DNA from: Ascidiella aspersa
Taxonomy: Eukaryota
Direction: 5' to 3'
Length of the DNA stretch: 64,000 nt
Assembly: GCA_963924565.1 (NCBI GenBank)
Contig: OZ004610.1
Span: forward strand, 27,900,001-27,964,000
A program made the position numbers and the translations under genes. Each line of letters starts with the position of its first letter. Position 1 is the first letter of the stretch. Of the stretch, positions 10,990 to 23,487 are shown piece by piece. Below the pieces are notes generated by a model. That model saw nothing but the letters and a program-made list of their open reading frames with translations, was not told the DNA's origin and made no database searches.

Positions 10990-13440
10990 GTTCAATTATA
11001 GCGCACCGTATGTCATGCCACGGGTGTTGGCTTCAAGTGACGTACTGCCTCTGAATAGCTGCAAGGCGTGGAGCTTGGTGCAGATGGTACACCTGGTAAA
11101 TCTCCCAGAACTGCGGGTGGGGTACCATATACCAGTTCTGTCGACGACGTGTGTAGGTCCTCCTTTGGAGCGGGTTGTATGCCCAGTAGCACCCATGGAA
11201 GTTGAATAACCCAGTTGAGTCCGTTTAGGCGAGCCATCAACGCAGACTTTAGATGGCGTTGGAATCTCTCGACGAGTCCATTTGACTAGGGATGATAAGA
11301 AGTGGTGCGATGAATTTTCACACCGAGCGTGTTAATTATACTTGACTATAGTTGTGAAGTGAACTGGTGGCGCCACGATCTGATGTAATGTCCGCGGGAA
11401 CACCGAAGCGGCTTACCCAGTTGCTAATAATACACGTGTACAAGTAACGGTCGTTGCGTCTGGCATCAGAACAACTTCCGGCAAACGTTTAAATCTATCC
11501 ACCATTGTTAATAGAAAGCTGTAAACTTGACATAAAGGCAGGAAACCAACAATATATATGTTCACATGATCGAAAGGCTTACCTGGATCTGCATACCTTA
11601 CCAGCGGAGCTGCATTGCTTAGCCCACCAACCGACTTGTTTGTGGAGGCCGTGCCGAACATATTTTGAGGATATGATTTTTCTAGTGGTCCGAATAGACG
11701 AGTGCGATAAGCCATGTTTGACGTCAAAAGTTTGCGGTGACAAGGTTGTAATATAATGGGACGATGATATCCGGTGGACGTATCACATAATAAAACAACT
11801 CTTGACGAGCCAAGCGGAATCTGTTCGATATATAGGCCATAGATAGCTGTTGTGTAAGCTTCAACTTCCGCACATTGTTGTGCCGCACCTAAAGATGCGT
11901 AATCGATGTTAAGTACATCATTTTGACGAAGATTTATGGATGACAAGCGAGAGAGTGAATCGGCCGCACAGTTGTTTTACAAATATGCTGTACATCCGTA
12001 GTAAACTCAGCAATTTCAGAAATATGTCGTTGTTGCCGCGCAAACCATGGATAAGATGCTTTTGCAAACGCGAAGGTTAAAGGTTTGTGGCCGGTAAATG
12101 CGGTAAACCTACGCCCTTCTAAAAAGTACCGAAAATTTTTCGACCGCCTGGTTAAGGGCAAGTATAGTTCCCTGTCGAACATGATGTACCTCGTTTCTGG
12201 TGGCCGCAAATAACGACTGAAAATGCTAACGGTTTCCAAACACCATCAATTTACTGTCCCAAAACGCCGCCAATAGCTTTATCCGAAGCATCCACTCCAT
12301 CCGTTTGATGGTAGATGGTACAGGACATTATCTGATTATTTATACCTTTTGAGGAAGTGGTGCTGCTCCATTCTTGTTGATATGATGCCTTCAAAAGTCA
12401 CTTTCTGCGACTCCGAATATGCCATTGTTTGCGTTAATACCTAACCCATGTTGAGCTAAACGGCGAAACAGTTGTCGCAAATTTTGCCTGTGCTCTTGGA
12501 CAGATGAGCTGGCCACAAGTATATCATCAATGTAGACGAAGACAAATGTCAGGTCTTGGCAAACCGTATCCATAAGACGCTGAAATGCCTGCGCTGATCC
12601 CGAAAGGCATTCGTATGAATTCAAATAAGCCAAATGGGCTTATGTTTGCGGTCTTGGGATTATCTTTCTGTGCCACTGTGCCACTTCAACCTGGTGATTG
12701 TGCCACTGTGCCACTTCAACCTGGAGATACCAGCGTACTAGATCAAGTTTTGAAAATACATTTGCGCCAGACAGGAGCGCAGAAAAATCTTGTAAATGAG
12801 GAATTGCGTAGCGACCTGGTTCTGTGACTGCATTAAGTCGACGATAATCGCCACAGGGGCAAGGGTGATTAACAACCAACAGCTTGCGGAACGCCGAATA
12901 AAATCCATTTCCAACATTTTGCTGAATTCAGCTTTTGCAAGTTGCAATTTTTCTGGTGGCAGTCTTCGTGCTCTTGCGTGAATCGAATGAACTGCGGTAA
13001 GAATATGAAGTCCACACCATGTTTCGTCAATGTTTGTAAAAAGCTTGTAGCCTACAGGAATTCTGAGGAAACTCCATGATTATGTCATTGTAGCTACTTT
13101 TCAACTTTGCTACTGTGTACAATCCTTGAGGCGCTTGTGACGCTGTATGCAAGGCGATGCTAGTGAACGACATAGCATTTACAAGGCGTCGGCGCCGCAG
13201 TTCCCCCAACGTGAGTGAGCTCTGAGAAAATGAACGCCAAAGAGGGGGCGGGAGCCATTCGCTAAAATAAATTTCCAACAAAGTGTGCCTGAAACCAAAA
13301 ACGCGGACACGACGTAGTAATATTTTGTGTCATCAGCAGTTATTCGTTTCAGATCGAAGTGTGCTACGGTCTGCTGAAACCACACGCGCGGTTTGAAGTC
13401 CAGAAAATTGGTAGTTTTAAAGAAAGAGCGTTTTGTTGTT
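10990..13440 (-). pseudogene. Degenerate Gypsy remnant B (gag N-terminus, RT, RNase H, integrase), same broad family as the element at 1-1407
   Basis: LKLPIFWTSN..WF..ITADDTKYYYVVSA (gag start), PCGDYRRLN, FVYIDDILVAS, FLEGRRFTAFTGHKPL, LLTMVDRF, LPWVLLGI; frameshifted. Confidence 0.9.
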
Positions 13441-13442
13441 TG

Positions 13443-14205
13443 GGCAAAAAGCCGAAATATTGTGGTAGGTTTCTAGACTTGCGCACGTCAATGCAATTTC
13501 GTATGCTAGGCGGCCGTAGATATTTCATCAAAATTACACCCAAAGAATCGACTCTGTAAAGAAAGGCTAATGCACTAAGCACTCATAGTTACGTTTTAGG
13601 AATAGAATAAGGCTACCCCAAGACTCGACCAGAGTTTCTGTGTTGCCACCTAGTGGCAAAAGATTTATAATATAAGGTACGCTAAGAGTTCCGCTAGGCG
13701 TCGCACCATGCATATAGGGATTTATTTTTGCTCTCTCTGTACAGAAGAGGGTTGGCTCTTTCTGACGGTGTGTTTATCATTAGGGTAGACCCACTACAAG
13801 GGCAACTACACAATTCTAAATTCGGGCAAAAAGCCGAAATATTGTGGTAGGATTCTAGACTTGCGCACGTCAATGCAATTTCGTATGCTAGGCGGCCGTA
13901 GATATTTCATCAAAATTACACCCAAAGAATCGACTATGTAAAGAAAGGCTAATGCACTAAGCACTCATAGTTACGTTTTAGGAATAGAATAAGGCTACCC
14001 CAAGACTCGACCAGAGTTTCTGTGCTGCCACCTAGTGGCAAGAGATTTATAATATAGGGTACGCTAAGAGTTCCGCTAGGCGTCGCACCATGCATATATG
14101 GGTTTATTTTTGCTCTCTCTGTACAGAAGAGGGTTGGCTCTTTCTGACGGTGTGTTTATCATTAGGGTAGACCCAGCACAAGGGCAACTACACAATTCTA
14201 AATTT
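13443..14205 (-). repeat. 382-bp tandem repeat, 2 copies, inverted (right arm)
   Basis: Reverse complement of the left-arm unit; marker motif at 13641 and 14023. Confidence 0.95.
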
Positions 14206-15129
14206 TCGGGCAAAATGCAAACATATATGACCGTGAACCTTCAATAAAATACGCCAGGTGTCGCCACTTGCAAGATAATACCCCCCTGTACAAATTTATT
14301 GGGAAAATGCTTTCACCTTTGGGAAAAATATAGCTAGCGTAACCAGCTTTATTGTTACCTTTGGAATTTACATTTAAAAATCTAAATTTTGCTACTGTAC
14401 CTTCTGCCGCTAAAAAAAAAAAAAAAAGTGGTAGGATTCTAGACCAGCGCCCACATCTATTTTACAATTGGCATAAATTATTTTTTTGTGTCATTTTGAA
14501 AAAAGTTACGGTAGTATGAAGCACGTTGTTGTCACAAAAAATGTCACAAAAAATTTTTTTAATGTCACAAAAAAAAAAACAAACAGGAATTAGCGCCCAC
14601 AATGTTACGAAAAGACAAAAAAATTTTGTTATCACAGCAAATCATTCAAGGAAATAATTTTATTACAAGCAAAACTTTATTACAAGGAAAATGCCCCGGA
14701 CCCAAGGCGCCAGGTCTCTTAAATAAAAAGTTTCAACAATTTTCGATCAATTTTTTTAGGCGCTACGCGCAAATAAGCTACGTTTTGCACTTACCAAAAT
14801 ACGTGTTTTTAACTTTTTATTTTATTTTATGACGGTATTCCTAAAAGCTTGGATTCCACCCCCGGAATCCTGGATCATACCCTGGTCATCAGTAGCGTGC
14901 TTGTTTTTTGGACTGAGCAGTTGGTAACCCTGGCTATATGGCAACGAAAATATATGTTTATTTGCAACTTGCGATTTTCAGTTTTTTTTTAAGAATTGGT
15001 GCTGGTAAATCTTTCAGGGCTTTTAATTATTACCTCTGAGTATACATTTAACTTATTACCACCAAACACAGAGACTTGGTTAGCAAATGATTTTTTGTTT
15101 AGTAAACATTTTTAACAGATAAACGTAAA

Positions 15130-15849
15130 ATGGAAGATTCGCTGCTCAAAAATGAAGTGGAAGTTTTACCTGGAATAGTTTGTCGGCTGTTGAACGAAAA
15201 CGATTTGCCCGAAATTAACAAATTGGTTGCGGATCATTACAGCTACCAACAGCCAATGAGACAAACGTTTAAACTTACAAAAGAAGACATCGGAGATTTG
15301 GACATTAGAGAGGCAATTGAAAACTTAAAGAGTAATTGTTCGCTCGGAACTTTTGTGAAAAAAACTGGAGAACTCATTGCGGTTGAACTGAATGTAATTT
15401 GTGATATAACGGACAGTAGAAGTGCAAAAAACAGTCCTGTTATGAGCGAAAGGCTTTCGGCTGCAATGAGATACAAAGAATTTGTCCTTGGTGATATTTT
15501 TTCTGATTTGAACACCAAGCGTTATATGTGCGGCCGAAAGGCGTGCGTGAAGTCGGAATATCGTTCCAAGGGGATATTTTCAGCTTTGGAAAATGTGAGA
15601 ATGCAGATTGCCAGATCAAGAGGCTGCGAGTATTTGGCTGCAATATCAGTCAACAAATACACCCAAAGGGCTATGAAAACTGCTGGCTACAAAGTGTTTA
15701 GAGATGTGCCGTATATTGATTACGTTGACCCGAAAACAGGCTTAAAACCAGATTTACAACTATCTCCAATCCACACTTCGTGTCAGATGATATACCGAAA
15801 GGTTCCACTGATTGCTGACACAAATATCCTCACCGAAAGTAAACTTTAA
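15130..15849 (+). CDS. AANAT-like GNAT N-acyltransferase with C-terminal PTS1 (-SKL)
   Basis: Intronless 239 aa; acetyl-CoA motif A CVKSEYRSKGIFSAL, AISVNKYTQRAMKTAGY; ends ESKL-stop; splice acceptor at 15118. Confidence 0.85.
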   Translation: MEDSLLKNEVEVLPGIVCRLLNENDLPEINKLVADHYSYQQPMRQTFKLTKEDIGDLDIREAIENLKSNCSLGTFVKKTGELIAVELNVICDITDSRSAKNSPVMSERLSAAMRYKEFVLGDIFSDLNTKRYMCGRKACVKSEYRSKGIFSALENVRMQIARSRGCEYLAAISVNKYTQRAMKTAGYKVFRDVPYIDYVDPKTGLKPDLQLSPIHTSCQMIYRKVPLIADTNILTESKL

Positions 15850-18800
15850 TGGAAAGATTTTTCTCGCTTTGTCTACACCAATATATTGGAATGGTTTCTC
15901 TGAAATCATGTATTTCATTTAGTCTTCAACCGACTATAACGTTAATTTGGTCTTCAATCGAATCAAAAGTAATTTTAGTCTTAGCCTACATGTTATGATA
16001 AATGTTATAAGTTCATATGTGTTTTCTTTTATTACTAATATGGAAAGCGAATACGCCGATAAAATCGAACATTAATCAAACCTGGCGTACATAAGTTTGA
16101 CCTGCAAATCGCGTTTTCTATTTGAATGAAAAGAAAACGGTCACTATAAATGTACATACACCCACAGGCTTAACTTGTACCCAATTTGTACAAATATAAA
16201 ACTCACCAATCGATTTTCTTCTATAAATATCTCGTTCAATTTAATTATCAGTATCCATCCATTTTTTATCTTTGTTTCTGTATGACAGCCAATACTTGTT
16301 TTGCGTCATGTGTCTTTTGAATTTTCATATACGTAAAAAATTTTGCCCTGCGCCGCAATCCTCATTTGCAGTCCCTAGTCGAGTCCCGAGTCCGGCTCCG
16401 ACTTTTCCAGTCCCGAGTCCGGCTCCGACTCTACAGCCTGTATTTCACTCATAGGTAACTTCAATAAGTTGGATATTCAGCGATCCACTCATAGGGGTGT
16501 CATGTATTAATTCATCCAACCACAATACATGTTTAAAAAATACTCCACTATTTCTATTAAACTTTTACAACTTACAGTTTGCGGCCTTAACAGTTTCGTA
16601 ATTTGGGAAAGCGCACGTGCTTGCCGGACACGGATTCAAGTAGTTTGACTCGAGTAAGTCCCGAGTCCGATTCAACAGCCCCCAAATGAACTGCACCCAA
16701 GAAATATTTGAGTAATTTAAACCTATTCTGAATATCACAACGAGAAACGTGATCTAATTTCTATGTATTTGTTGGTTACATTTCAATAAAATAAAGTAAT
16801 TTCAACCCTAAAGATTAGAACGTAGACTAGATGGATTTTTGTGTGCGTTTTTTGTATATCGTTCACTTTACACAGTGCCTTTTCTGACATAATAATCTTG
16901 GTGTGTTATCTATAGTCAAGGGGACCATCTGCTAAGACTACAAACTAAGCACGCTACTACGAAAACATATGCACATTATACTTATAACTGGGGCGAATTC
17001 AGGATTTTTTTCTAAGGGCATCAAAATATGCTAAAAAATGGTTGTTCTCTTCGCCAAATGCAGCTTAGGCAGCTTAATCGCGTGAACTGCGGAAAATGTG
17101 TTTATTTGGTTGAATTGGCAAAACAATTGTAATACAAAGAAGATGACGCCTTCAGCAAGTGGAAAGGCGTCAATGTAAATGACAATTAAAATACTTAAAT
17201 AGTAAAATTTTTTTAAAATAGTAAAATTTTATCCTAGAAAACGAAAGCTACAAATAAGCTTTGGCGCTGCATGGTCTAACCCTAGAATCCTACCCCATGT
17301 TTTCCAATAACGAAAAATACAGTTACGAAACGCAAGGGAGAAATAAATTTGGAAGAATAGATATTATGATAATATTTGACCAGGAAAACTTAATAGCATA
17401 AAAGCAGTATCTTAACATTCCCATAAATTATTTCAATGTAATTTGTGTAGAGAAAGACGCATGTCTGTTTGTGCTTGTAATTATAGCGTGTTCGCCTGGT
17501 AAAGTGTTAAATATTTCACCTTGATACTCATTTCCTTTCGTGGCCGTTCTGGCAAATCTAGCCGACATTCGACTCTGCTAATCTCCATCGCAGTCGCTCT
17601 TGTGCTATATAGTGTCACGCTGCTGTTGGATTAAACACTACAGTCAACTGATGCATGCCATGCGAGACCCGTTTTTACTGCGCTGTAAGCTCTTTTATTG
17701 AAAGCGAGCTATGCTAAATTATGTGAATGTACAATAAATCTATAAGCGACCTGACAGTATGCACTTTGAAATGCTATGACAGTTTGTTTAGTTTCGATTT
17801 AGTGGAGTTCAGATAGCACGGTGGTCATGTCTAACCTGTTGAAATATACATTTGTGACATCATTTTGGGGTAATTTTTATTTATTAAACGTAATTCGCGA
17901 TTTTAAAGGGGGTAATATAAATCCATTATTTTATTATCAGCGGTAAAACAATATTAAAAAGGTCAAGAACCACTGCTTTAAACTAAAAGTACATGGTTAG
18001 AAAGAAAATATTTGCTATCACGAAAGACAACGCACTGTAGGCTAGTTGTTTTTCGAGCCTGCCCTGCTTGCATCACAAATCAACAGATTCGGTGAGTCTG
18101 TGATGGCTTTCGGTGTACTAATTATACGTAAGCCGTAGTCGTTGGTCAAAAGCAACTTCAGAAGGGCTGGATCTCAGTTGTTAACACACATATGTGTGCA
18201 TGTTTCATTGTTTTATGTTAGACTTAGGCTTGATGGGACCTATAGCGATATTTCTAATGTTCGGCCTTATTTGTGATAAACATCCACTCTTATTTCTTCA
18301 ACTATAAGCCTAATCCAAATAACTACATATATTTCGCCTACAATTTAAGTTTGCGGTCTATAAATATTTTATTTTAATATTTTTTTGATGTAGCTGTAGC
18401 ATTTAGCCTACTTTTACGTCACTATACACGTGACCATTGTCCACTGATGTGTGACCGCTGCGCCTAGCGAATTGCTTTTCCGCATTTGACAATTCATTCT
18501 ACTTACTACGTCTTACTGATTAGCGGCTTGAATCACCGCTATGTTTATCGCTGTATTTCTGAGATTTGTGAATATACTCTAAGAGCAACTATCTACTGAG
18601 TGGATTGTCTTTGCTTAGAGTACAAGAAGTTAAGGACAGGTATTCTAGCGGCCTGCTCCTTTGGAGTCGGATTAAGAACTTGTAAGAGACTTAGGCAGCC
18701 GTCGGCCCTCGTCTACAGGGTCAGCAGCCTTCTTATAGCTCCCTACGAACTCTCCACGCTTCAGTAGCAAACCTATTTTTTAATTTGGTCAACGGAAAAT

Positions 18801-19124
18801 GGGGATGCAAATGATATACATCCTTTATGTAACAAACAATGTGCAAGTTGCTTCAAATGGCGTTATGTTCGTTCAACAAGTCTAATTTAGTCCCAAAGCT
18901 GTTAAAATTGTTTTAACCAAAGCCTTATTTATCTGTAGCCCATCAATGTTAGTAAATAATTGATTTCCACTTTAGTTCTGTTTGTTGGTCCAAAGGTGCG
19001 TTTGTCAAGCTGAGCACTTTATTTGTTTGGTCTAGCTGTGATTTGTCATACACTACTGACATGTCCAGTCAAAGGTTTTAACCTGTTGTGTGAAATCGAT
19101 GGTGCTAGTAACAGTGGAAGCGTT

Positions 19125-22076
19125 ATGGGAATCGAAAACAAACCAATTGTAGCTATCAGAACATGCAGAATGGACGATGTGCCACAAATTAGAAAGTTGG
19201 TTATCAATACAATGTGGTCATTCTACTCGTCAATTTACTGGGAATGGGCTTTCACAAACCCGCGATGCCAGGTTTGCTAAAGCCTAAGATCACGTTCAGT
19301 TAGGATGTGTCAGATTGTGCATAAACCTAATAATAATATCAAAGACAATACTGAAGTAGGTATCATTTTGAACGTTTCGAATAACTCTTTATTGATTTTT
19401 AACATCAAAACGTTCAAAATGCAACCTACTTCTGTATGGGCTTCGATATTTTTATTACGTCTTACTGCGACCTCTAACCATTATGCTCCAAATGTAAAAA
19501 CTTTTTTTATAATAGTTTTTATAATAGTAAGAATATCAAAGGAAGTTCCCACTAGTGTGGTATTGCAAGCAGAAACTGATAAAATTAGAAGTAGTAAGAG
19601 TATCAAAGCCCATACAGAAGGAGGTAGCATGTTAAACGTTTCGAATGTTTCTTTGTGCTTTTAAACATCACTTTATTCATTTTCGATGTTAAAAATAAAT
19701 AAAGATATATAAAAACTCAAGATGCTACCTACTTTTATATGGGCTTTTGTATTCTTATTACGTCTACCTTATCAGTCCCTGCGTGCAATATCGCAATTTA
19801 GTGAATTTATATTTTCCTCATGTTGATTTTTAGGAACATTTTAGTTTATTGTAGCATTTTTTAGCATTTGTATGTCATACTTGTAGTAAAAATCTGTGTT
19901 GGCCTACTTTTTCTAAATCGTTCGAAGGTCCGAATAAATAAAAGTAGCGTCATAGCAAAATGGTAAAAATAAAAGTTTAAAATTAGTTGATTGTATAGTT
20001 AAAATTGCCAAAAAGCAAAACGTTTTAGCTTAAATTTTTCATAAACTGTGCATCTAAGCCCAATTCCTTGTCCAACGTGCAGGTCCTGTTAATCTTTTGT
20101 GGATCTTTCGCGCCTGTGTATCTGGAAGATGATGCCTCCTTTTTCCAAATCTTTAGAACTTTCTTATTTGCCTATACTACAGCATGCATTGCCATGGCTG
20201 TCGTTTGTAAGTAACCGCTATCTAAAGCAACTTGCATGTTGTCGAAACTATGTAGGCCTCTAGTTCTTGTTACGTCAAACGTAATAGGCTTACCTTACAC
20301 TATTTAGAGATAATTATATAATCAACGTTGATGGTATCTCTGGGATCACCAATTTGTAAGAGATATACTTTCATTTCAAAGTGAGAAATTTGCTCAGTGG
20401 GATTTTGTTAGCTATAGTTACGCGAGCGTTGTTTAAAGCTGGATTCGGCGTCGGAGTCGGGGCTAAACGGGGTCGGTTTATTTAGCCGGATTCGGACTCG
20501 AGTAAAACTATACGTAAAACTGCCAGAGACCCGAATACGTCGAAAGCGAGGTGGCTATATAAATTAAAGCTGGAATAACGTATGGTGGGACATTTTCCAA
20601 CCACGTATTGTAAGTGGATTAGTAAGACACCCCTTTAAGACGATTGTTGTATATCAACTATATTTTAGTTACCCAAATGTGTAAAGTATTAAATCTAGAG
20701 TTGTAGACAGACTCGCGACTCAGCAAAATGATACATTTGGTCTGAGTCAGACTCCGAAATCGGGAGTCGGACGTCTTTAAACCTTATAAAGGCTAGGAGC
20801 ATAAGCATTAACTAAGAAGCATTAACTACATACAACTATTACAGGTGCATGTTAAACTCCAATGACTGAATTGTACAACAAATGTAAAAGTTCGTCACTC
20901 GCTTATAATATTTAAACACACCATACAGATTTGTATTAATTGTATTCGAAACGCGTCAATGTATTGTGCTTTGTATAGTGTGTTTGAGTTCGTTGAGACG
21001 CCGTTTAACAGAAAAGCGTCCTCTTTGTTTCACAGTGCTGTGTTTCATGAAATGGAGCTGGATGCCTTTCGAATACACCGAGCTGTCTAACGCGAAAAGT
21101 TTCATGTCTTCCTTCATGGACTGTGGTTCGGACGCTCACTTTTGGGTGGCGGCTGTCGATAAAGAAGTGGTCGCTTCAATTGGAGTGAAGATCTCCAGCA
21201 GACCGTTTCTGGAAAAGGCGGCCGGGCCCGAAGTCAACGTTGGCCAAATGTTTGAAATCAAGGTGTTTTTCAATTGCTTAACAACATTATGCACCTAATG
21301 CTAATGCATGTTACAAAGACTTTATAGGCAGTATTTGTTTTTAGGGTAATTCGTATTGTTTTGGATAAATGACTTTAAAACAAGATCTTGCAATGTTACT
21401 TTAAAGCTTGTTGTTAGAAAAAATGCGAATTTTAAAAAAACCCTTGACTACGCAGTCAAACTTGCGTCCAATGCGTGGCAGTGGACAACAGTTAGATTGA
21501 ACTATGAACATTGATAACCTTATTCCAGGGAGTTTCTATAAAATCGAAATAACCTAAACCCCAATAAAAAGCAACCAAACTATGCGTAAAAATTAACTAA
21601 ACACCTGACTATATAAAATGTATGAAAAGGGTCACTTTTCCAAATCACTTGGGTCACAATCCGATTAATTGTCCATAAGACTTTTAAGTCAAGTCATTTC
21701 GAAACAGTTATTTAAATGCACTCAGTGTTAGCCATCGCAACACCCAAATTCAATTCACTAAAGCATTTTTAACCAATACTATTATACATTAAGAATGATA
21801 TTTGTATATTACACGCAGCGCATGTTCGTCAAAGAGAAGTACAGAGGGACCGGCCTGGCTCAGAGATTGATGCAAAAGGCTTACGCGCACACACGGCAGC
21901 GTCTCGCAAGCGACCAGTCAATCATTAAGAAGACAATTCTGTACACGGCCAACTACCAGTATGCTGCCCTTAAGTTTTACCAGCGGGAGGGATTTGAAGA
22001 ATTGACTCGATACACCACCACATATCTGTTCGGTGTTCTCCGCAACACCCTCTGGGTGGCGCTAAAAGACATGTAA
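19125..22076 (+). CDS. NAT8/camello-like membrane GNAT acetyltransferase, 4 exons (19125-19271, 20083-20206, 21036-21262, 21819-22076)
   Basis: GT-AG introns with compatible phases (0,1,0); IRTCRMDDVPQIRKL, hydrophobic segment in exon 2, HFWVA, EIK|RMFVKEKYRGTGLAQRL, AALKFYQREGF. Confidence 0.85.
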
Positions 22077-22229
22077 AATCACACAAAGCAAGTTGGTGTT
22101 TCTCACACTTTTGCGGCCTAGCACCTAGGGCTAGGCACTATATAGGCAGTGCCGGATTAACCATTGGGATACTAATAGTATAGCCTTAAGCCCTGAAAAA
22201 ATTCGGTTCTCAATTTTTTTCCTAAATTA

Positions 22230-22460
22230 ATGAGAGTTTTTCAAACGTTGATATAGCTATATTTGTGTTTTTGAATCTAATCATGATTACCGATTGTAGT
22301 GAAGAAAGATCTTTTTCCCCTACTTAAACGAGTTAAGAACTATCTACGCTCAACAATGTCAGATGCACGCCTCTCTGCGCTGTCACTTTAAGCATAGAGA
22401 GTGATGTTGGTAGAGGTTTGAATGTCGATCACATCATTGAACGTTTGCTAGCTGTATGGC
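22230..22460 (+). pseudogene. hAT transposase C-terminal dimerisation domain fragment
   Basis: CSEERSFS / LLKRVKNYLRSTMSDARLSALSL / SIES with frameshifts. Confidence 0.7.
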
Positions 22461-23163
22461 TGGGAAAATGTAACTTTAAATATACATTTTAATACACTAT
22501 GAGTCTATGACACTTAGTTACATTTAATACATGTTTTTATGTCATGTTATTTTGCAGTAAATAATTTTAAATTTTCGTGTATGTATATTTATTACTTATT
22601 GGATCCTACTCTAGTAAACAGCTCTTAGGCCTCCTGCGCCTAGGGACGTTTTACAGTTATAATGATTACCTTGGGTACACTATGCACGGTTCTGTAAAGT
22701 AGCTTGATAACAAATTACAAAGCCAAAAGTGTCGATGAGTAGGCTACCTTATTCTTTCAAAAGAAATAATTATTTTTATGTTATGATGAAGAAGTTAGTG
22801 GGAACGATAACTGCGAAACAATTTTGAATTGTATAAAGTTATAATTAGACTATGTCAAATCAAAACAAATGGTATTAGGTGAAAATATTCTCCGTCAACT
22901 GCAGTTGATCGCCACCTGCCTCCCGAGAACGACAATGAGACGGGAGTTGCTTATATACGTGACCCCCCTAGTAAAACAGCTACTTGGTTAAATGTTGATT
23001 CTCGAAAATTATATCTGTCTGCCTTAACTACAACTTTGGGGCGAAAAAGTGGAATTTTTAAAATCAATCCACAATTTGGAAAATATATGAGGGCTTTATA
23101 AAAAGCTCAAAAGTGCTGGGTTCCGAGGCCATTGCTGTGATTAGGCTAGTCCTCTCTTGGTAG

Positions 23164-23487
23164 CAGGGCTGTGGGGTCGGTGAAAAAATTGAACCCGAGT
23201 TCAAATCGTGCTAAATGTGCGATTTCGAGTCGAAAATTCACCCAATTACGTGACTAAAATAAGATGTATTTTCAGCAATCCTCTATAAGGGGTTGTCATA
23301 AAATTCATTCACCTATAAAATACTGGAAAAAATAACAGTTTGCGCCCCTATCAGTTTCAAATTTTGATAGCGACTGTACATGGGCACGTCGGATTCGTGG
23401 CTCGGGTTCTCGAGTCCCGAGTCAGACTACAGCAAAATTAACCGACGCTGTCGAGTTCCGATTTCGACCCAAGACTCCGCATCCCTG
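23164..23487. mobile_element. hAT-type MITE (GACTC-repeat family)
   Basis: CAGGGCTGTGGGGTC...GACTCCGCATCCCTG; TSD CTTGGTAG/ATTGGTAG; relatives near 16370-16690, 20440-20770 and 34438-34786. Confidence 0.75.

Larger units (their letters stand above)
7732..14451. mobile_element. Merlin-like composite TIR element with long repeat-containing inverted arms and retroelement cargo
   Basis: Termini GGCGCTGGTCTAGAATCCTACCAC at 7732 and reverse complement ending 14451 (fits the Merlin GGNRM terminus); arms 7732-9105 and 13443-14451; degenerate 8-bp TSD CACATATT/CACATCTA; no transposase seen. Confidence 0.8.

Noticed and set aside
13359-13582. ORFs spanning the repeat arm and gag start as a new fusion gene
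   Set aside because: Short, non-ATG or low-complexity junction readings ending in a frameshifted gag.
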